A DNA stretch of 39,839 bases from a virus (taxonomy: Duplodnaviria; Caudoviricetes): positions 1-39,839 of IMG/VR virus record IMGVR_UViG_3300029825_000021; one strand, given 5' to 3'. Position 1 is the stretch's first letter. The number at the start of each line of letters is the position of its first letter. Below the pieces are notes generated by a model, which saw nothing but the letters and a program-made list of their open reading frames with translations, ran no database searches and was not told the DNA's origin. Below, piece by piece: positions 26,591-35,350 of this stretch. The translations under genes were made by a program, and so were the position numbers.

Positions 26591-27187
26591 TTACCCACCA
26601 CCTTTTGCCCGCGCCGCCAATGACGAAGCCAGCCGGTCAACCCCGCGCTGGAATTGCGCCTCGGCCTCCGCTTCGCTGATTTTTAACGCATAAAATGCTT
26701 TTGCTTCGATAAGATGTTGAATTTCTTCCCGGTTGTACTTGGTTTGGGCCGGGATTTTCCGTTTCCGTATGCTGATTATTTCCTTTATTTTCGTGTTGTC
26801 TGGCAAGCCTTGAAACAATGCCACGAATTGCCGCCAATCCAGCTTTTGATTGTGCAAGTCCATGCCATACGCTGCATAAAACGATGCATAAATATAAGCC
26901 GCGTCCTGCGCAAAATCAAAAACCTTCTCGCCGGGCGGTTTGTCGCGTTCGCCTATGAGCAAATCCAGAACCGCATCGAAAAAGCGTATTTTATCCTGCG
27001 GATTCATCCGGGCCACGCGCCTACCGCCGAATATTTCAGCCGCCAGCATTACCCGCTGCTCTGGCGTGAAAAGCTCATCGCCCTGCAATTCGAACACGCG
27101 CAGAACGGTATCAAACGCGCAATCGACTTTATACCGCCGCCCATCCATTTCCACGAATCGCGGCAGCTCCCGCGAAAGCGTGAACAT
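26591..27187 (-). CDS. Gp15-like tail assembly protein
   Basis: FDF.QDA.YIYASF..AYG.DL...L.W..F.ALF.GLP..T....II.IR. Confidence 0.85.
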   Translation of the reverse strand: MFTLSRELPRFVEMDGRRYKVDCAFDTVLRVFELQGDELFTPEQRVMLAAEIFGGRRVARMNPQDKIRFFDAVLDLLIGERDKPPGEKVFDFAQDAAYIYASFYAAYGMDLHNQKLDWRQFVALFQGLPDNTKIKEIISIRKRKIPAQTKYNREEIQHLIEAKAFYALKISEAEAEAQFQRGVDRLASSLAARAKGGG

Positions 27188-27188
27188 A

Positions 27189-27599
27189 TTACCGCCGCCA
27201 TTTCTTGCCGTACTTGCCTTTTTTGTATACATCCTTTGCCGCGTTGCGCAAGTCTGCCGTGCCCGCCTCGATTTGCGGCACGATTACCTCCAAGACAAAC
27301 GGCATGACCTGTAAAAGCATCTCCGTATAATTGCCCTCGAAGAACGCAAGCAGCTTTTCCGCGTTCTCTTTGCCTAGAGTAACCCCCAGGAACGCCACAA
27401 CGGCCTCTCCCAGCGTTTCCACAACCTCCGGGCCAGGATTACCACCTGCCGCCTTTACCGCGTCCTGTGCCTTTACAACCGCAACAGAAGCGGTCTGATA
27501 TTCCCGCACGATTGCATCCGGGGCAACCTCGATTTTCAAAACCTCGTCCCCGATCTTCATTTCTTCCCTGATAAACGCCCTGCGCTTGATTTCGTACAT
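27189..27599 (-). CDS. Tail assembly chaperone
   Basis: Position between the major tail protein and Gp15/TMP; AGGAGG RBS. Confidence 0.7.
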   Translation of the reverse strand: MYEIKRRAFIREEMKIGDEVLKIEVAPDAIVREYQTASVAVVKAQDAVKAAGGNPGPEVVETLGEAVVAFLGVTLGKENAEKLLAFFEGNYTEMLLQVMPFVLEVIVPQIEAGTADLRNAAKDVYKKGKYGKKWRR

Positions 27600-27613
27600 G
27601 AATAATACCTCCT

Positions 27614-27642
27614 AAAAAGAGAAGGGCGGGGATTACCCGCCC
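27614..27642 (-). terminator. Intrinsic terminator after the major tail gene
   Basis: GGGCGGG-TAATC-CCCGCCC-TTCTCTTTTT. Confidence 0.75.
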
Positions 27643-27647
27643 AATTG

Positions 27648-28367
27648 TCAACCTACACTTACAGCAGCCGTTCCAGCCTTTGCCGCCGCATTGGTCGCAG
27701 TAACAACCTCCGCAACGGTGATGATCTGGCCCGCCGTGGCCGCAATCGTGGCGGTGCCGTTCCATGCAGTCCAGCCGGTGGTTAAAATCGCGCCCTTTGC
27801 GGGAATCGCGGACTGTGTGCCTAGCTGGTACTTATAGCTGTGCGCCGCCTCAATCAGCGGGTTTACATAGATATTGGTGTTGCCAGCCGTGCCGGGAAGG
27901 CTCACAACGGTCAGCGGGTCTAAATAAGTGTCGGTGATGATCTCCGGCGCACCGTTGCCGTGGATGGCTACGCTGATCGCCGCCGGTTGGTTTGCATCGC
28001 CGCCGCTAATCGTGATGTTGGCCAGCGTCACCTCCCACAGGATGATGGTGCCATCCTGCCTGGTGATGCGCAGCCGGGTTTTACGCGATTCACCAAAGTT
28101 ATGCATGACAGCATCCGAAAAGATGAAGTCCTGCACCTGATCGGCAAAATACCGAACCCCGGTAAGCGTGCAAATGTACTGCCCGCCCGTTACCTCCGTG
28201 CTTCCCCAGCCCTGATCGCAAATGTAAGAGGCTTGGTAAAGCACCTCGTTCAACGCCTCCGCAAGGTTTGCAAAGCCCTTGCACAACCGCGCCCATGTAG
28301 GCGAACCCGCCCCCGGCGTGATGTCCATTTCTAGCGTGTTCTTATAGTTCAAACTAATTTCAGGCAT
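27648..28367 (-). CDS. Major tail protein with C-terminal accessory domain
   Basis: TWARL..G..N....NE......Y.....G.T.VTG.Q......G.R...D..QDFI; G.P; TAATG coupling. Confidence 0.85.
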   Translation of the reverse strand: MPEISLNYKNTLEMDITPGAGSPTWARLCKGFANLAEALNEVLYQASYICDQGWGSTEVTGGQYICTLTGVRYFADQVQDFIFSDAVMHNFGESRKTRLRITRQDGTIILWEVTLANITISGGDANQPAAISVAIHGNGAPEIITDTYLDPLTVVSLPGTAGNTNIYVNPLIEAAHSYKYQLGTQSAIPAKGAILTTGWTAWNGTATIAATAGQIITVAEVVTATNAAAKAGTAAVSVG

Positions 28368-28771
28368 TATATACACTCTCCTTTTGTGTAAAATGTCACT
28401 CGCAACAGACTGCCATATAGCCATTGCCGCGTTCCGCTTGCCTCGCGGTCAAGGTAGTTGGGCGGTGTTGCCGTTTCGATGTCCACAATCTCCCAGCCCG
28501 TCCCGCGTGGGTAGCTGCGCATAAGCATAAGCCCGGAATGAATTGCGGACAACGCGCCTATGACTGTGCTTAGCTGCTCGTGCTTGCCGTTTAAGGCCAC
28601 TGTGAGCGATTGTAAGCCGCCTTTGTCTATGTGCCGCTGATCTATCGTGCCCGGCCCTAAATACATGGCTAAGCCGTTGTTGGGCGGCATTGCGCCGTGT
28701 TCTATCGTGGTGTATGGCGTTGCAAGCGAGATTGCCAGCGTTCGCACGGCTTGCAGGATTTCAGCGTACAT
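28367..28771 (-). CDS. Tail terminator (minor capsid 3-like)
   Basis: Position in the neck module; TATPPNY...W.Y. Confidence 0.7.
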   Translation of the reverse strand: MYAEILQAVRTLAISLATPYTTIEHGAMPPNNGLAMYLGPGTIDQRHIDKGGLQSLTVALNGKHEQLSTVIGALSAIHSGLMLMRSYPRGTGWEIVDIETATPPNYLDREASGTRQWLYGSLLRVTFYTKGECI

Positions 28772-29124
28772 TATAGCGCCCCCTTTGCAACGGTTTCCAG
28801 GATGCGAAGGTACTTGTCTTTGTTTTCGGCATAGCCTTTGTGCGCCCATAGCAATGATGCGTTTGGGTTTCGGTCTTTCGATGGATGCCCGGCATAATAA
28901 ACACGCTTGGCATAAGGCGTATTCCATACAAGCTCTCCTTTTTCGGGAGAACTTGCGCGGATGGATGAGCGTATCAATTCGCCTGAATCCTGCCGGGCGT
29001 AGAAATTAGCATCTTTCAGCGCCTCGTTGCACACTACCGCGATGCCTTTTTCGCTTGCCGCTTGAAATTTGGCCTTTAGCGCAGATGCATTGAATTGCAC
29101 ATCAACGGTAAATCCTTTTGTCAC
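28771..29124 (-). CDS. Neck/tail-completion protein (minor capsid 2-like)
   Basis: DSGEL.RS...WNTPYAKRVYY...NPNA...W. Confidence 0.8.
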   Translation of the reverse strand: MTKGFTVDVQFNASALKAKFQAASEKGIAVVCNEALKDANFYARQDSGELIRSSIRASSPEKGELVWNTPYAKRVYYAGHPSKDRNPNASLLWAHKGYAENKDKYLRILETVAKGAL

Positions 29125-29149
29125 TAATCAGTCACCACCTTCCTTTCGC

Positions 29150-29178
29150 TTGACTGTTGCACCATTATGTGATATACT
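29150..29178 (+). promoter_or_regulatory. Promoter of the HNH-AP2 gene
   Basis: TTGACT-17 bp-TATACT with an extended TG; AAGGAG RBS at 29185. Confidence 0.65.
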
Positions 29179-29195
29179 AACATAAAGGAGTGATT

Positions 29196-29897
29196 ATGAT
29201 GCACAATCGACCCTATGATCTTGCAAGCATGCGCTTTGGCCGTCTATTGGCGGTCGAACGTGTTCAGTCTCTAAATGGCCGCGACCGCTGGCGCTGCCTG
29301 TGTGACTGCGGGAACGAGAAGCTCGTATTAAGCCAGAATCTGCGCAATGGTCATGTGCAGTCATGCGGCTGTCTATCTTCCGAAAAAAAACGCGAAAGAT
29401 TCATCACCTACAATGCAAGCATTGGCAGAGAGATTCACGGCGAAACCTTAACCCGCCTTTACAAGATCTATATTGGCATTAAGTCTCGCTGTTGTGATAA
29501 AAATCACCGCACATTCTCTCAATATGGTGGCCGCGGCATATCCATCTGCGCCGAATGGCTTGATAGTTACATAACTTTCAGAGACTGGTCTATTGCCAAT
29601 GGTTACAGCGATAAATTATCCATCGATAGAATTGACCCGGACGGAGACTATTCACCTCAAAACTGTCGCTGGGCTTCCAGTTCGACGCAAAACTACAATA
29701 AGCGGCGTCTCGCGCGAAACACATCTGGTCACGTCGGCGTTTCTTACAACAAAAAAGAGGGAAAATACGTCGCCTATATTTCAAAAGACCATAAACGTCA
29801 CTGGTTAGGCACTTTTGAAACATACGATTTGGCTGTTGATGCAAGAAAGCGCGCTGAACTCGATTTATGGGGTCAACAGAGCCCTATTTCAAGGTGA
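29196..29897 (+). CDS. HNH-AP2 free-standing homing-type endonuclease
   Basis: G/RFGRL...W.C.CDCG...SCGC; YGGRGI.IC.EW; SIDRID..GDYSP.NCRWA; NTSG..GV...Y.AYI...LG.F....A..AR..AE (AP2). Confidence 0.85.
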   Translation: MMHNRPYDLASMRFGRLLAVERVQSLNGRDRWRCLCDCGNEKLVLSQNLRNGHVQSCGCLSSEKKRERFITYNASIGREIHGETLTRLYKIYIGIKSRCCDKNHRTFSQYGGRGISICAEWLDSYITFRDWSIANGYSDKLSIDRIDPDGDYSPQNCRWASSSTQNYNKRRLARNTSGHVGVSYNKKEGKYVAYISKDHKRHWLGTFETYDLAVDARKRAELDLWGQQSPISR

Positions 29898-30214
29898 TGA
29901 AAGGCCATACCGTCATACAGCTTGTCGATGCTTGCAACCCTGTACTGCTGCCCATCAAATGTAACCTTATCGCCGTAAGCAAAGGCCACACCCTGCGGGG
30001 AGCTGTTTACAGCATCGTAAAACATCAGCGCGGAAAGCCTGATCTCCGTGTTTGCGTCCGTGCTGCGGTCAAGCACAACCCGGCCCGAAGGCTCTAGCCG
30101 CACCCGCGTAAGCGTCCTGGTGTTTGGCCATGTAGGATTCCCCCAATCGTCATTCACCGGGGGGCCGTACTGATGCGTTACGCTGTGAATTAAAAGATGC
30201 TTGGGAATTTGCAC
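29873..30214 (-). CDS. Head closure protein (minor capsid 1-like)
   Basis: IPK.LL.HS......D.WG; LF/MFYD.VNS; HHLEI.L; GTG start inferred. Confidence 0.75.
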   Translation of the reverse strand: MQIPKHLLIHSVTHQYGPPVNDDWGNPTWPNTRTLTRVRLEPSGRVVLDRSTDANTEIRLSALMFYDAVNSSPQGVAFAYGDKVTFDGQQYRVASIDKLYDGMAFHHLEIGLC

Positions 30215-30215
30215 A

Positions 30216-30617
30216 TCAGCACCCCCGATCAATCCCGGCGTACATCAGCCCGGTACAGCCTAAATAGCCCGAAACAAGGGGGGAGAGGGGAATGCCGTTG
30301 ATGCTTCCACCGCTCCACTCCGAACGTGAATAGCTGAATTTTCCTATGGTCGCGCTGTTTGGGTTCGATGCCGCGCCAGCCGTGGCCATTGCCCCGCCGA
30401 ACAAGTCCAGCGTTTCCACCTGTGCCGCCGTTGCCTTCTTTACCGCGTCCTGGATGGAGGAAGGGAGGGCAGAAAGCCCTCCCGCCTCTTTAATCCTGCA
30501 AAAGGTGAGCATGTCAATCACATCGCTGGCCCGCTCCGCAAGGGCGGGGAACTCCGTAGCGGTAACACTGCTCCCCGGCGCATAGGCTTGGAAATAAGCC
30601 CAGTCAATGTATGCCAT
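30216..30617 (-). CDS. Head-tail adaptor
   Basis: MAYID..YF...F..L..RAS..ID..T; VKKA..AQ; S..IG.FSYS; L..TGL.Y.G. Confidence 0.8.
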   Translation of the reverse strand: MAYIDWAYFQAYAPGSSVTATEFPALAERASDVIDMLTFCRIKEAGGLSALPSSIQDAVKKATAAQVETLDLFGGAMATAGAASNPNSATIGKFSYSRSEWSGGSINGIPLSPLVSGYLGCTGLMYAGIDRGC

Positions 30618-30633
30618 GCTTTACCCCCTATTC

Positions 30634-30972
30634 CTATGCCATAATCCCGGCAGCGCGAAGCTTTGCCAGCAGTGCGTTGAAGTCACCCGCTAGACCCTCG
30701 GCAGTCGTAGCTTCGCTGTCAGCTTGCGCAGCGGCCACAGGAATTGCTTCCGCGATTGCCTCCGTGATTTTCCCGCCTGCGCCTAACTCGGTGTCAATCG
30801 CATCACCTATGGCAACTGTAATGACGCCGGTCGGGCCCAGCGCGGCAGCAACCGCCGCCGCACCAGCCGAAACGACAAGACCTTCAAGATTCCCGATGGC
30901 CTCTGCAACACTCCCCGAGGGCGTTGCCGCCCCCGAAAGAGTATCCAGCGCCTTTACTACGCTGTTATCCAT
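30634..30972 (-). CDS. Head fibre/decoration protein
   Basis: AAAQADS.AT....L..DFNALLAKLRAAG.M C-terminus; directly after the MCP. Confidence 0.7.
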   Translation of the reverse strand: MDNSVVKALDTLSGAATPSGSVAEAIGNLEGLVVSAGAAAVAAALGPTGVITVAIGDAIDTELGAGGKITEAIAEAIPVAAAQADSEATTAEGLAGDFNALLAKLRAAGIMA

Positions 30973-30982
30973 GCTTGCCTCC

Positions 30983-32155
30983 TTACTGCGCCAAGAGCGT
31001 GATAGCCTTGGTCACAGCCTGCGCCGCAACGGTTACGCTCTCCTGCACGGTCGTAAAGCCCTTTTTCATGACCTTCATGCCGTAAGTGCCAGCGCGGAGG
31101 TTGAACACGGCCACGCCGCTGGCGTTGGTCTTGAGACGCACCCCTTCAACCTCTACAGTCGCGCCAGCCACAGCCGCCGGGACGGTTTCACCGTCAGTAA
31201 CGGTTACGGTCACGGTCTGCGTGGTGACAGCGGAGGCGGGTTCAAGATACGCGAACGGGCAGGAAGTGCGGTTAGCATCCAGCCGGGTGGCGGGATTGGG
31301 CAGCGCCCAGCCCATGCGGAACACAACGCGAAGAGCTATCAGGTCCTGCTGGGCCAAATTGTACACAATCGCCTTGGTGCTGGGGTCTTGGATAACGCCC
31401 TGGTCAAGAATCTTGACGGTGATATCCTGCCGGATTGCATAAACCGCCTTACTCCAATCGCCCGCGACAAGAGAAGCAACGGTGGTTTCAAACGCGCCGT
31501 TTTCAGGGAAGGTTACGGGCGTGCCGTCAAGTGTGTACTGGCCGGGCTGCTGTACGTTCGCGAGGAACATGGAGCGGCCCACCTCGTCACGCATGCCGCG
31601 AAGCTGCGCCCTAAAGCCGGGTTTCGCAATCGCGCCGTTTACGGAATAGCCGTTGGATTCCACCTTGTCCCATACGCCGTTAGGCTCGTACAGCGCCGCG
31701 AAAAGGTCAGTACCGGGGGCCACGTTGTTACCGGCCTGCCGGGCGGTGGTGATGATGTCGGCACGCCAGCCAGCGGGGCGGTTGATGCCAAAGATGGCCG
31801 CACCGTCAACCCTCGCGCCGATGGCCTCGGTTACGCGGGGCGTGACCTGGCCAAAGATGTCAAACTCCGCATCGCTAAACACGGCCTCGGGAATGGGCAC
31901 GATTACGGCCAATTCCTCCGCGTTGAGGAATACGTTATCCCATGCCTGTTCGCTGGTCTGCTTAAAGCCGGTATCGCCCGTCACCCAATAGGCGGTGGGC
32001 AGGAAGTCCAGCACCCGGATGCGGGTCTGGTTGCTGGTCATGTTGGGAAGTTTCCGCGCCAAGCTCAAAAACGTGGAAGATTTGGGCGCGTCCTGCTCGA
32101 TGGCCTGTACTACTTGCTGGCGAATAATCGCCTCGGCTTGCTCTCGGGTAATCAT
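30983..32155 (-). CDS. Major capsid protein (HK97 fold) with C-terminal Ig-like domain
   Basis: AYWV.GDTG.KQT; AEELAVIVPIPE; GDWS; NLAQQD.IALR...R.GW; beta-rich extension with T.A.G.A.F.L..GTY...V.K.G. Confidence 0.92.
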   Translation of the reverse strand: MITREQAEAIIRQQVVQAIEQDAPKSSTFLSLARKLPNMTSNQTRIRVLDFLPTAYWVTGDTGFKQTSEQAWDNVFLNAEELAVIVPIPEAVFSDAEFDIFGQVTPRVTEAIGARVDGAAIFGINRPAGWRADIITTARQAGNNVAPGTDLFAALYEPNGVWDKVESNGYSVNGAIAKPGFRAQLRGMRDEVGRSMFLANVQQPGQYTLDGTPVTFPENGAFETTVASLVAGDWSKAVYAIRQDITVKILDQGVIQDPSTKAIVYNLAQQDLIALRVVFRMGWALPNPATRLDANRTSCPFAYLEPASAVTTQTVTVTVTDGETVPAAVAGATVEVEGVRLKTNASGVAVFNLRAGTYGMKVMKKGFTTVQESVTVAAQAVTKAITLLAQ

Positions 32156-32161
32156 AATTTT

Positions 32162-32695
32162 TTATTCTCCTTTTCCAAACAAACTGCGCAGGGCCGCATT
32201 GGCCTCTGCTGTGCTGCCCTTTTCGGGCGGGGGATTCTGCGGGCCGGGCGTGGGGCCGGTGAAGCGTGAAGCGGATTCAAACAAATAGTCATTGTCCTTC
32301 TTCACGGCTTCGAGCGCCGCCGCAATGTCGGCCTGCTGGTTTTTGCTGTTTTGAAGCGTTGCGGTGTCTAAAAGTGCCATAACGGCCTTTGCATTGCGCG
32401 GCTTCATTCCTGCAACGGCGGTTTCCAGTGTGCGGGAAAACTCGATTTCCGCAAGTTTCCTCTGATACTCCGTGTCCTTTGTGGTCAGGTCGGCGGTAAG
32501 TTGGGCAACCTTAGTTTTAAGATCGCTTACATCCACACCCTCAAAAGCCTTTAGTTTTTCCTGCACCTCGCTAAGCTGCGACTGTGCCGCCTCTGCTTTC
32601 GCCTTCTCCGCGTTTACATCCTTGCCGTTTTCGGCCATGATCTGGTCAATTACGCTTTGATCCAGGCCCAGCCCCTTTAGAAACTCGGTTTTCAT
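32162..32695 (-). CDS. Scaffolding protein (Phage_GP20-like)
   Basis: MK.EFLK.LGL....ID.IMAENGKD; N.KAV.ALLD; YLF. Confidence 0.9.
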   Translation of the reverse strand: MKTEFLKGLGLDQSVIDQIMAENGKDVNAEKAKAEAAQSQLSEVQEKLKAFEGVDVSDLKTKVAQLTADLTTKDTEYQRKLAEIEFSRTLETAVAGMKPRNAKAVMALLDTATLQNSKNQQADIAAALEAVKKDNDYLFESASRFTGPTPGPQNPPPEKGSTAEANAALRSLFGKGE

Positions 32696-32713
32696 TCTTT
32701 GCTCCTTTCGATA

Positions 32714-32772
32714 GGCGTTTTAGGTGTCTGCCATCACCGTGTCGATGCCGCACATTAGGCTTGCGACTGGCC
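32714..32772 (-). promoter_or_regulatory. Structured 5' leader of the scaffold gene (two tandem H-type pseudoknots)
   Basis: GGC-CAGTCGCAA-GCC..TGCGGC and GGTG-ATGGCAGA-CACC-TAAAAC-GCC, just 5' of the RBS. Confidence 0.45.
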
Positions 32773-32775
32773 GAA

Positions 32776-32795
32776 TAAAAAAAGCGCCCCGCGCC
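32776..32795 (-). terminator. Possible terminator after the minor capsid gene
   Basis: Short GC stem GGCGC-GGG-GCGCT followed by a T-run. Confidence 0.4.
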
Positions 32796-32798
32796 TTG

Positions 32799-33974
32799 TT
32801 AACCGTTCTTTCTTTGCGCCCATACCGCTTTCATGGCTTCGCTGTGCCCAAAGCCCATGACTTGCTGCCGGTTTGTGCGCTGTGTCCTGCCGGTGTCGCG
32901 GATGAATTGCTTTAACTCCGCTTCTTTGGCCTTTAGCTTGAGCTGTGCGGCGGTTTTTCCGTCCGCGTCTCCGATGCTGTCAGCGGCTAAAATGCGCCGC
33001 TTCTGTTCGCGTATAGCTCGCTCTATCTTGCGCTGCTCTTGGGATTCTTCGTATACCTTCGCATTTTCTTCGAGGTTGTACGGTTTGTACGTTTGTTCAC
33101 TCAACCCCTCAAAGAAAGGGTAAAAATCATGGCCACAGTTAGCGCCCTTTAGCCCCGTAACTGTTCCGTAGCCGGTGGAATCAACCAGATTCGGATATTG
33201 CAGCGTCCCGCCGTTGATGCTAAAAATCCTGCCCTGCCATACCGCATGAGAGGGCCTAGCGCCCATGTGGCTTGTTACCTCTACCAGATTAGAACCCCAC
33301 TCCCGCGCCCGCTGAATCTGCATCGTGCCAGCCGTTTGGGAAGTGCTGGTCACAATGGCCCGGCGTACAGCCACATCAATATGATTGCGCGTGCGTTTCC
33401 CCGTTGCGCTGATGTAGTCGGCCCCGGTTATGCCTTTGTCGGCCAGGTTGCGAACCGCCTTTTTAACGGCGGTATTGTAGTCCGTAACGCCTAGCGAGGT
33501 TTCGAGGTATGTTTGGTTGATGATACCTAAAAAGCCCTCCTGCGCGGACTGTAGCGCCGTGGTGTTGATGAGGTTGAAATAGTGCCTTGTGTTGTCCACG
33601 GCCCCGGTAATGATCTGTTGCAGCATAGGTGAGGCCATCAGCGGGATAGGTGCATACGGCAGATACCCTTGCGAGAATGCCGCTTGGTATATCCGCTCGT
33701 CAAGCTCCAGCGCTTTGTATCCAGCGTCATGCAGGATTTTCTCTATCTCTTGCATGGTCTTGCCTGAATGCTTTTGAATCGTGCGCAAGTTATCTTTGTT
33801 CAGTGCCCCAAGTTGTTGCAGCTTTTCCACTTGCCAATCCAGCACCGAATCCGGCGTGATTTCATCGGCAATAGAAAACCGCTTCGCCACGTTCACAAGC
33901 AAATCGTCCTCGATTGCTATGTAAACCCTGATTAGCTCCTCGCTCATGGCCTGGATTTCGCCGGGCGACATCAT
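32799..33974 (-). CDS. Minor capsid protein (phage minor capsid 2 family)
   Basis: VAVRRA..T; VEVTSH.GARPSHA.WQG..; GL.GANC.H.FYPF..G; QR.IER.IR..K. Confidence 0.9.
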   Translation of the reverse strand: MMSPGEIQAMSEELIRVYIAIEDDLLVNVAKRFSIADEITPDSVLDWQVEKLQQLGALNKDNLRTIQKHSGKTMQEIEKILHDAGYKALELDERIYQAAFSQGYLPYAPIPLMASPMLQQIITGAVDNTRHYFNLINTTALQSAQEGFLGIINQTYLETSLGVTDYNTAVKKAVRNLADKGITGADYISATGKRTRNHIDVAVRRAIVTSTSQTAGTMQIQRAREWGSNLVEVTSHMGARPSHAVWQGRIFSINGGTLQYPNLVDSTGYGTVTGLKGANCGHDFYPFFEGLSEQTYKPYNLEENAKVYEESQEQRKIERAIREQKRRILAADSIGDADGKTAAQLKLKAKEAELKQFIRDTGRTQRTNRQQVMGFGHSEAMKAVWAQRKNG

Positions 33975-35347
33975 GCGCCATCACCGTCCGCGAAAAAGTC
34001 AGTGGATGCAGGAGCGCGGGACGCAATGTCAGTGGCTAGTTTTTCGGCGGCTTCCTCGCTCAATCCATAAACCCGCTTGTAATACTCCACATTATCGATG
34101 ATGCCCGCCTGAACCTCTAGAAGCGCCTGACGCGCCGCCGCTTCGCTGTCGGTCATAACGCTATCGCCCCAATCGAAAGACATCTGCGGGGCCGCTCTGC
34201 CAATCCACATGGCTATTGCTGCCGCCATATCGGTTAGCGCGGTTTCCAGCGCCCTTTGAATGTCCGTTACCGTCACATACAGGCGTTGCTTGCTGATGCG
34301 CACCTCCGTGGCGGTCTTGTCCGATACTGCCGGGTCGCTGATCGTGCCGTATGCCAGCCCGCAAACAAACTCGATCATTTTAAGCTGGTTTTGATAGCCC
34401 TTGTAAAGATCGTCCGCTCGAATTTCCGGGCTGAACGTATCCAGCAGCGGTTTGTCGGTTGCGCCGGTGTTGTACTCCATTGTGCGGTATAGCCGCTCGT
34501 TGCCGCCGGGATACTCAAAGTTGCCGGTGCCTTCGTTGCGCTTTAACATGCTTGCCGCGACATGCACCGCCGCTTGCTTGGCTTCGTACTCCCAGCAGAT
34601 GTTAGAATATTTCTTGTCGGCTTCTTTAATAAGTTTCGCGGCCCGGCCATAAACAGATATGCCCAAAGGTGAATCAGGGTCTATGGTGTTGGCCAGCGGC
34701 ACCCGGAAATAGCCGAACGGCAGTTTATCGCCCTGAATTGGCGCGGCTTCCTGCATGGTTGCCCATTGCGGCACGGTTGCCAGCGCAATAGACTGCCCCA
34801 GCGATACGCCCGCATTGTCATTTTGGAATGCCAGGTTGATGATCTGCCTTTGCGGGAGCGAGTAATATTCCAGCCGGGTGAAAACCACCTTGCCAGAATA
34901 AAGCTGTTCCACAAGCACACACTCCGAAATGTGCCCGGAACTATCGAACGCAAGCGGGAAAAACCGGTCAGCCCGGATGTATTGCGTGGCAATTTCACCG
35001 TCCGCGCCGATGTACGGTTTCATCAGCGCACCGCCAAGAGCACAGCCATATTCCACCGGTACGCGGATTTCAGCCAATACCCGCTGGTAAACTTCATCCA
35101 CGGCAGGATCACCCGCCGATGATTTTAACTCACAAGTGGAAAGCCGGGCCAGCTCCATCGCGATTGCGCCGGGAATGCCCGCACTTTCAATGCCTTTCTT
35201 ACAGGATATCCACGGCGGCGCATCTTCGTACATTGCCGCCCATAGCTCAATGGCCTTGCTCATATCCGCGTTCATACAGGAGTTAACATCAAGCCCAACG
35301 CCCTTTAGCGCCTTGATGATTGCTTGCATCATCGTTGTATAGGTCAT
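33971..35347 (-). CDS. Portal protein
   Basis: ALGG...KPY; FFP; TRLEY; P.AN.ID..SPLG.S.Y; FSPEIR; IEF.CGLAYGT.S; TATE. Confidence 0.9.
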   Translation of the reverse strand: MTYTTMMQAIIKALKGVGLDVNSCMNADMSKAIELWAAMYEDAPPWISCKKGIESAGIPGAIAMELARLSTCELKSSAGDPAVDEVYQRVLAEIRVPVEYGCALGGALMKPYIGADGEIATQYIRADRFFPLAFDSSGHISECVLVEQLYSGKVVFTRLEYYSLPQRQIINLAFQNDNAGVSLGQSIALATVPQWATMQEAAPIQGDKLPFGYFRVPLANTIDPDSPLGISVYGRAAKLIKEADKKYSNICWEYEAKQAAVHVAASMLKRNEGTGNFEYPGGNERLYRTMEYNTGATDKPLLDTFSPEIRADDLYKGYQNQLKMIEFVCGLAYGTISDPAVSDKTATEVRISKQRLYVTVTDIQRALETALTDMAAAIAMWIGRAAPQMSFDWGDSVMTDSEAAARQALLEVQAGIIDNVEYYKRVYGLSEEAAEKLATDIASRAPASTDFFADGDGA

Positions 35348-35350
35348 GCT

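Noticed and set aside
30611-32269. 552-aa plus-strand ORF (similarly 25596-26693)
   Set aside because: Antisense shadow of the capsid/decoration (and tape measure) genes, with no recognisable motifs or RBS.
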